A DNA stretch of 54,230 nt, filler included, from Sphacelaria rigidula (lineage: Eukaryota): the NCBI GenBank assembly GCA_964200075.2. It is 5 parts of 5 records of this genome, joined end to end, with 100 filler letters (N's around TTAATTAATTAA, not from the genome) between each part and the next. Parts side by side here need not be neighbours in the genome. Positions count along the whole stretch, not along the records: positions 43,466 to 54,230 come from CAXNAA020005954.1; 4 more parts are not named here. The stretch is one strand, 5' to 3'. Both the position numbers and the translations under genes were made by a program. Every line of letters starts with the position of its first letter. Positions within the stretch are counted from its first letter, which is position 1. This document shows, in pieces, positions 49,653 to 54,230 of this stretch. Below the pieces are notes generated by a model that was not told where the DNA came from, did not search any database, and worked only from the letters and a program-made list of their open reading frames with translations.

Positions 49653-51604
49653 TTATGAGTGAGGTTCACTCCCCTCTCTCTTTTATTTTAACCAGTCAGT
49701 CAGGGGGCAGCGAAAAGAGAAATTCAGGACACGTAAGCCCCAAGATCGAAAACTGAATTTTTCGAGTTTTTGAGGGGGAGAGGGGGGGCATCCAGCCGTC
49801 GCGTGTGTCCCCTGATTTTCTGCCGAAGCGTTGGCGGATGCGGTCACTTGCCGTAGACAGTAGAGATCCTTATATACATGATATATGACATATGATATGT
49901 GATATATTATCATATTATACATGTTCATGTATCATTTCACTTTTTTCACCACTTTTGCCGAGTTGTCTCTGGCGGCAAGGCATCTCATCACGCGCTTTCT
50001 TTTGCAGTGCACGAAGGAGGCGCAGCGGTACATTCGCGTTCAGGTTTGGGTGTCATTTGATAACTGTGGCGCGTGTTCTGGCCATCGAAAGTCGCTCAAA
50101 CTGGCTCTTTTTCGCGGGGTGTCGATCCCGGACCACAAAAGCCTTCCCAAGTTCATAAAACACTTCAAAAAGCAGGATGATGTTCGGCGGGGTATGTCCC
50201 CCCGTGCTTCTCTTCGTTGGGTTCTCGTTCATTTGGGAGCACGAGTACACCGCTTATGCCGCCACCGTCACGACAACATGAGAAGGATGCAGTTGAAAAC
50301 AGTTGAACATTACCTTGGGCTTAGTCAGCAGCAAACACCATGCCGTGCGGTGAGCCTTTGACGAGTTGAACAAGGCACATACGTAGGCAAACGTCCCCAC
50401 TGTGGGTCAACTGTGTACAACCAGCAAAGCGGGGTGCCGAAATTCCTGTGATCATGCAACCCATAGGATGCACCTGTGAAGAACTGGCGCAGGGATATCC
50501 TTGTGACAGGGTTGACAGGTTTGTCCTTGTGACAGGGATGACAGGGAGAATCATACGAGTACGCACCTCATGTATCTTTCGACGGCTTAGTACCGTATTT
50601 TCAGTACAAGTCAAGCGTTACTTTGCTTGCGGATTTCTCCGCCGTGTCTGAACGAACTAGCCTGAAAATTGGCACAGAGGTAGACCACAACACAGGCAGC
50701 ATATTCCCGGATCGGGGCATGTTATACGTGAAATATGACACATTTGTTTTTTAATTAGTTTCACATGAACATAAAGTAGCTCAGATACAGCACCATAATA
50801 ACCGATGTCGGACCCGCAACGACGTTTAAAAAAAGAAATTACGAACAAAAACGCCACTACTCAACGAACAACGCCACATGGAGCACCCGTGGACAGCTAT
50901 TAGCTACTGGACATGGGGTACATAATCCCGTTGAAGTATTATATGCGCCAAGTTATGCGTAAAACTTAGTTTTTTCCCTTTGTTATTTATGCTGAAATCT
51001 CCAAAACTACTATATATATGTTCGCATATGCTTATGCGCAAAACCCCGTTTTATGCGAAATTGTATGCGCGCATAAGAAGCAAAAGCCTAACCAGAACTG
51101 AGGGGTGGCATTATTGTTAACGGGACCTTTTCGGCAAACGAAATCTCCGACTTTTTCGGAAAGAAACTCCCCCTACGAAAAAACTGAGAGCAGATTTGTC
51201 ATCGGAAATCGACTTTCGACGTTGCATCACTACTAGGGTCTAGCACCGGCACCGAAAATAAATGCCTCGGAGACGTAGCATATCATGAGATTTGGACCCA
51301 TGATGATCGACAATATTAATAATAGCTGATGGTGAACCATAGCCCACCCAAAAGAGTTGTTCTGCCCCCCAAACAGTACTCGGTAGCCCTCTCGATAGCT
51401 CTCACTCAACCACGTGTGTGTGTGGTGTGCGCGTTCTCGCATCATTTCGTCAGGAAAAAATGGTCGCCATAATATGTGTTTCGGTAACCCCGCTTTACAC
51501 AAAAAAAAGCCGCCGGAAAGGCACACGAACTACGCAACAACCATTCGCACGCACCGTTCGTTGATGCTTGCCAGATATACATGAGAGCAGACGCACTCGA
51601 TTAA

Positions 51605-51702
51605 CCCTTAGACCGCGAGGTTAGTCTTCTGTTGAATGGGCATCAATTTCAAGTGAAAAAAAGTATGCATGATCCAGAAAGACTAATCTCGTGGTCTAAG
51701 GG
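51605..51702. mobile_element. 98-bp piggyBac-like miniature inverted-repeat element
   Basis: TTAA|CCCTTAGACCGCGAGGTTAGTCTT...AAGACTAATCTCGTGGTCTAAGGG|TTGA: ~24-bp TIRs with CCC/GGG ends and a TTAA-like TSD. Confidence 0.75.
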
Positions 51703-51889
51703 TTGAAGAAACTTGTATGATTATGATTAGAGTCGTTACTGACGGTTCTTCTGTCAGAATTTTCCTATTATTTCGGGGGAGGAAAACCTCCTCCCCGAAA
51801 AATGTTACGGACAATTTCCTATCTAGGTCAAGGGCTCATAGAAGAACTTTTGACTGACTACATTTTACTGAAAAAATCTAGCGTTGTAA

Positions 51890-52505
51890 TTTATGTCCAG
51901 TTTTTTCCCCGTCAATAATGGTGGGAATATATTCCGAAAAGAAGTCGGGAACAAAGGGAAAAAAAAAGGTCAACATGGACCATCATCACGGGATATTTTT
52001 TTCAGACTTTGCAGATTTTCCCCGAAAAAGTGGAGTTTGTTCCCGACTTATCCAAAACAAATTGCCAGGAAAAAACACGACGCTAGATCCTCGGAGTGAT
52101 TTGTAGTCAGTCTTGACCTGATCTAATAGTGCCTGATCTTGTTCAAAACTCTGCTCTTACGTTTTCCGGAGAGTTTTTGTTTCTCCCGAAAAACTCGGAA
52201 ACTCCGACTGAAAACATCCCGCGAAGGAGGGGTGTTATTAAAGGGACCTCTTTCAGACTTTTCAGACATTTCCGATTTTTTCGACTTGTTCGGAACAATA
52301 ATAGTTGTATTTTTTCGGAGTTGTTAAAAAAATTGCCCCCAAAAGTCCGACGCTAGATTTTCGGAGTAATCTGTGGTCAGTACTCTCAGATATTTGACGT
52401 CGTCTGGCTTGGTTCAGAAATCTGATCTCACACTTTTTCGGAGAGTGTTTTACTTTCTGCCAAAAAAGTCGGAGATTTCGCCTGAAAAACAGTCCCGTCA
52501 ATAAC
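51890..52505. repeat. Diverged ~270-bp tandem duplication
   Basis: cgacgctagat--tcggagt-at-tgt-gtcagt...gttca-aa...tt-cggagagt at about 52078 and 52348. Confidence 0.7.
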
Positions 52506-54144
52506 GCCCCTGATGATACTCCCGACAACATCCCTCAGAGACGCTCTAAAATGCAGCATGCCCTGGGCAAAAGATTACATTGGGAAGAAGTGCACTGCAT
52601 ACAGTATCGAATACTGCGACAATGACGCAATAATCGATACCGCATGCAGTAGACTTCTTGCCAATGTTGTCACCTTTTGCCCAGTTTGTAAAATGAAGAT
52701 AATACGTACCAGCGGCCACCCCTGTACTGTTGTATTAGTACCAGTCACACGGTTGAGGAAGAAATATCATGCAGGAGGCAATGAACAAACGTACAGTAAA
52801 ATGCACCTGGCAGTGGAATAAAGTGGTGCGTGGTGAGTTCTCCAAGACAGACACGTGTTGCAATCCACCTCGCCTTTATAGGATACCATTCACATCATGA
52901 TCGCGAGTCTTAACATTGAACGGCTCCGCCTTATCAATGCAAATTCTCCGGTAACTCTTGCAGTCAACCTCAACGATGGGGGACAGCCGTTGCCTGTGCG
53001 GAGGGCAAGGGGAAATATGCTGGTTTTGGAGGAATGGTGCCGTCGTTGTTCCGCAAGGTGAGAGAAGTACGCCTAGGTGAAGTGAACGAGTGGGGGTTAG
53101 GGGTAAAACACTCGCAATGCGCATCAAATGCACTTCATGTCTCGTGCACGCAATCCAAGAAATTCGAGCACCGTTCGCCTACCGTATCAGACTGGAGTAT
53201 ATCAGAGTTTCCAGGCGACCTGGAGGTAATGCTGAAACGAATTTACAGAGAATTTCGACTCACCGAGCGTGCATGTGGTTGTGATTATACTGTATCTTGA
53301 GTCTTGTGTGCGGCGTATGTACCTCGTACTGTAACACAAGGAGGAGGAGAGCATCCAGCGCGTTATCGCGAACCCGGCGATGCACTCCATGACTGACACA
53401 TACTCTGATTCAGTGTTGAAAATCACGTTCGAATCTTTAACCGAAATTACGGATGTTGTATTGGGGGGGGATAAGCTTAGGGGTTCTTCATGAGCACCAA
53501 AAGATTTCGTAAACAAAATACAAACGCACGCTCCGGCTTTGATGTGTGGCCTCGTTCATTCTCATATATAACGCACCCGCAATCTGTCAATTGCTGTGTT
53601 GACAGAGGGTAATGACGAACGAAAACAGAAGTTTGTACGGCAATGAACAGAGGTCGAAAATGTTGGGTACGAGCGCCGGATATTTCAAACTTCGAATGAA
53701 TAATCTTGAAGATGAGCGAGGTCACACATCATGACCGGAGAGTGCATTAATTGCATTCTCTTTTGAAAATATTACAATGCTTGTAGAGGTTTCAAAGGCT
53801 CATCCTAAAACAAAATCCATCCGCAATTTGTGAAATCCCTTACCAGTGTTTTTTCGGCGGGGCCCACAGTCCCAGGGGCTCAACCCGGATGCCCAGCAGG
53901 CGTTTCCGCGTAAATGGGCTCCGCGGTGTCCATTTCAATTCGAACAAGAATTCCCTTGCCTGGGATACGTATCCCATGCATTACCCCCTTTGCTCAAGGG
54001 TACTTGCCCCACCTTGGGTTTGGGTTCGAGTTTGGGTTGGCCTTAGGCTTAGGTGTGGCCAAAACCAATCCATGTATGTGTGTATCTTTGTGTCACAGGG
54101 TGGGCGAGAAGCTCCTCCACCCAATCTCAAATCCAGTGTGACAC

Positions 54145-54215
54145 TTCCTCCCCCCCCCCCGCCCCCCCCCCCCCCCCCCCTCCCACCCCCTCCGCCCCCC
54201 AACCCGCCAGCGCCC
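54145..54215. repeat. Poly-C low-complexity tract at contig end
   Basis: Long C runs; source of the spurious poly-Pro and poly-Gly ORFs. Confidence 0.9.
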
Positions 54216-54230
54216 TAGCCCAGCACAAAA

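Noticed and set aside
52500-53730. Cys-containing ORF fragments as a CxC-type transposase
   Set aside because: Fragmented across frames with no motif I can name confidently.
53889-54218. Proline-rich or glycine-rich ORFs
   Set aside because: Products of a poly-C tract.
41956-54230. BBS4 as a truncated pseudogene, or continuing into contig 5
   Set aside because: All seven exons are intact; the missing 3' part is explained by the contig end at 43365, and no BBS4-like exon was seen in contig 5.

Overview
Eukaryotic, repeat-rich, intron-rich DNA, most consistent with a brown alga (Phaeophyceae); this is an inference from a heterokont-type plastid-targeting motif, long introns with short exons, BBS4 and the TE content. 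The window is not one locus. It is five length-sorted contigs (10767, 10767, 10766, 10765 and 10765 bp) joined by identical 100-nt N44-TTAATTAATTAA-N44 spacers. Contig 1 holds an internally deleted, degenerate chromodomain Ty3/Gypsy element with both LTRs and a TSD, a CRE-like LINE fragment and SINE/MITE repeats. Contig 2 holds a spliced, probably pseudogenised ubiquitin-specific protease (C-terminal part) with LINE and LTR remnants in an intron. Contig 3 holds two in-phase exons of a probable tyrosinase-like gene, minisatellites and a Tourist-like MITE. Contig 4 holds a head-to-head pair: the first seven exons of BBS4 (+) and the first exon of a predicted plastid-targeted HopJ-like protein carrying six metallothionein-like CxCxxC repeats (-), the most unusual element here. 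Contig 5 holds only MITE-like, tandem and degenerate repeats. Most ORFs in the supplied track are spurious.
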